A model generated the notes under the pieces. The model was not told the origin of the DNA. It saw nothing but the letters and a program-made list of their open reading frames with translations, and searched no databases. A stretch of DNA of 63,991 bases, the filler included, from Basidiobolus ranarum (Eukaryota): NCBI GenBank assembly GCA_040143965.1. It is 3 parts of 3 records of this genome, joined end to end, with 100 filler letters (N's around TTAATTAATTAA, not from the genome) between each part and the next. Parts side by side here need not be neighbours in the genome. Positions count along the whole stretch, not along the records: positions 43,442 to 63,991 come from JASJQH010007101.1; 2 more parts are not named here. One strand, written 5' to 3'. Below are positions 63,556 through 63,991 of this stretch, piece after piece (the stretch's first letter is position 1; each line of letters opens with the position of its first letter). Both the position numbers and the translations under genes were made by a program.

Positions 63556-63991
63556 TCGTTTCCCTTTGTCTCAACGGAATGTGGCACGTCTGTAGCCCAA
63601 TCCATAAGGGCCATGAGGGCTTGTCTTGATCCCTTTACTACCCGGCTAACTCAAGGGTAACCAGACAGTTGGAAGAAGCTCCGGTAACTGTCTGGGGGGG
63701 TTTTGTTCGTTAGCGCACTTAAGCTGAGATTTCACAACACGAATTGTTTATTTTGGGTTTCAGTCTTGCGACAGTACTCCCCAGGTGGAGTGTTAGGGGG
63801 TTCCCTGGGCGATTTCTTATTGCAAAGCCGATCGGGGCAGCATGAAATAATCGCCAACACTCATCGTTTAGGGTGTGGACTAATAGGGTATCTAATCCTT
63901 TTCGCTACCCACACTTTCGTATCTGAGCGTCAGTGTTTAGTTAGAAAGAAGCCTTCGCCTCGGGGGTTCCTAGAAAATTCTATGCATTTTA
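63556..63991 (-). rRNA. rns: Mitochondrial-type small-subunit rRNA fragment with an internal deletion (probable NUMT), running off the window edge
   Basis: The minus strand shows GGATTAGATACCC, GGGGAGTAC..TCGCAAG, TCGTGTTGTGAAAT, AAGACAAGCCCTCATGGCCCTTA and GGGCTACAGACGTGCCACA. Confidence 0.78.

Overview
This is eukaryotic nuclear DNA with short GT-AG introns and fungal-type housekeeping genes, most likely from an early-diverging fungus. Basidiobolus or a relative is only a guess. The window is three pieces joined by 100-nt N-spacers carrying TTAATTAATTAA (21636-21735 and 43342-43441), so adjacency across the spacers is unproven. Protein genes are a DM9-repeat protein, a divergent pair of alpha-arrestins, CCT5, a GFA/CENP-V protein, PRO2, a secreted alpha-carbonic anhydrase, a ~2350-aa F-box/LRR protein with a giant Glu-rich repeat array, a cytochrome b5-like heme/steroid-binding protein, RPP1, an Fe-S L-serine dehydratase, MFSD5, HOM3, DTD1, PEX2, RPS25, TRM44, a CBS-domain protein and a FUSC/ArAE-type membrane protein. 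There is also a tRNA-Arg(UCG) gene. Three clusters of one decayed Ty1/copia family occur with nested and inverted LTRs and a half-tRNA-iMet-type PBS, along with a decayed CACTA/EnSpm-like DNA transposon. A mitochondrial-type SSU rRNA fragment lies at the right edge. The most notable observation is a 282-bp TSD-flanked, solo-LTR-like insertion (39784-40065) that carries a full-length tRNA-like Pol III cassette. All gene models were assembled by eye and no database searches were run.
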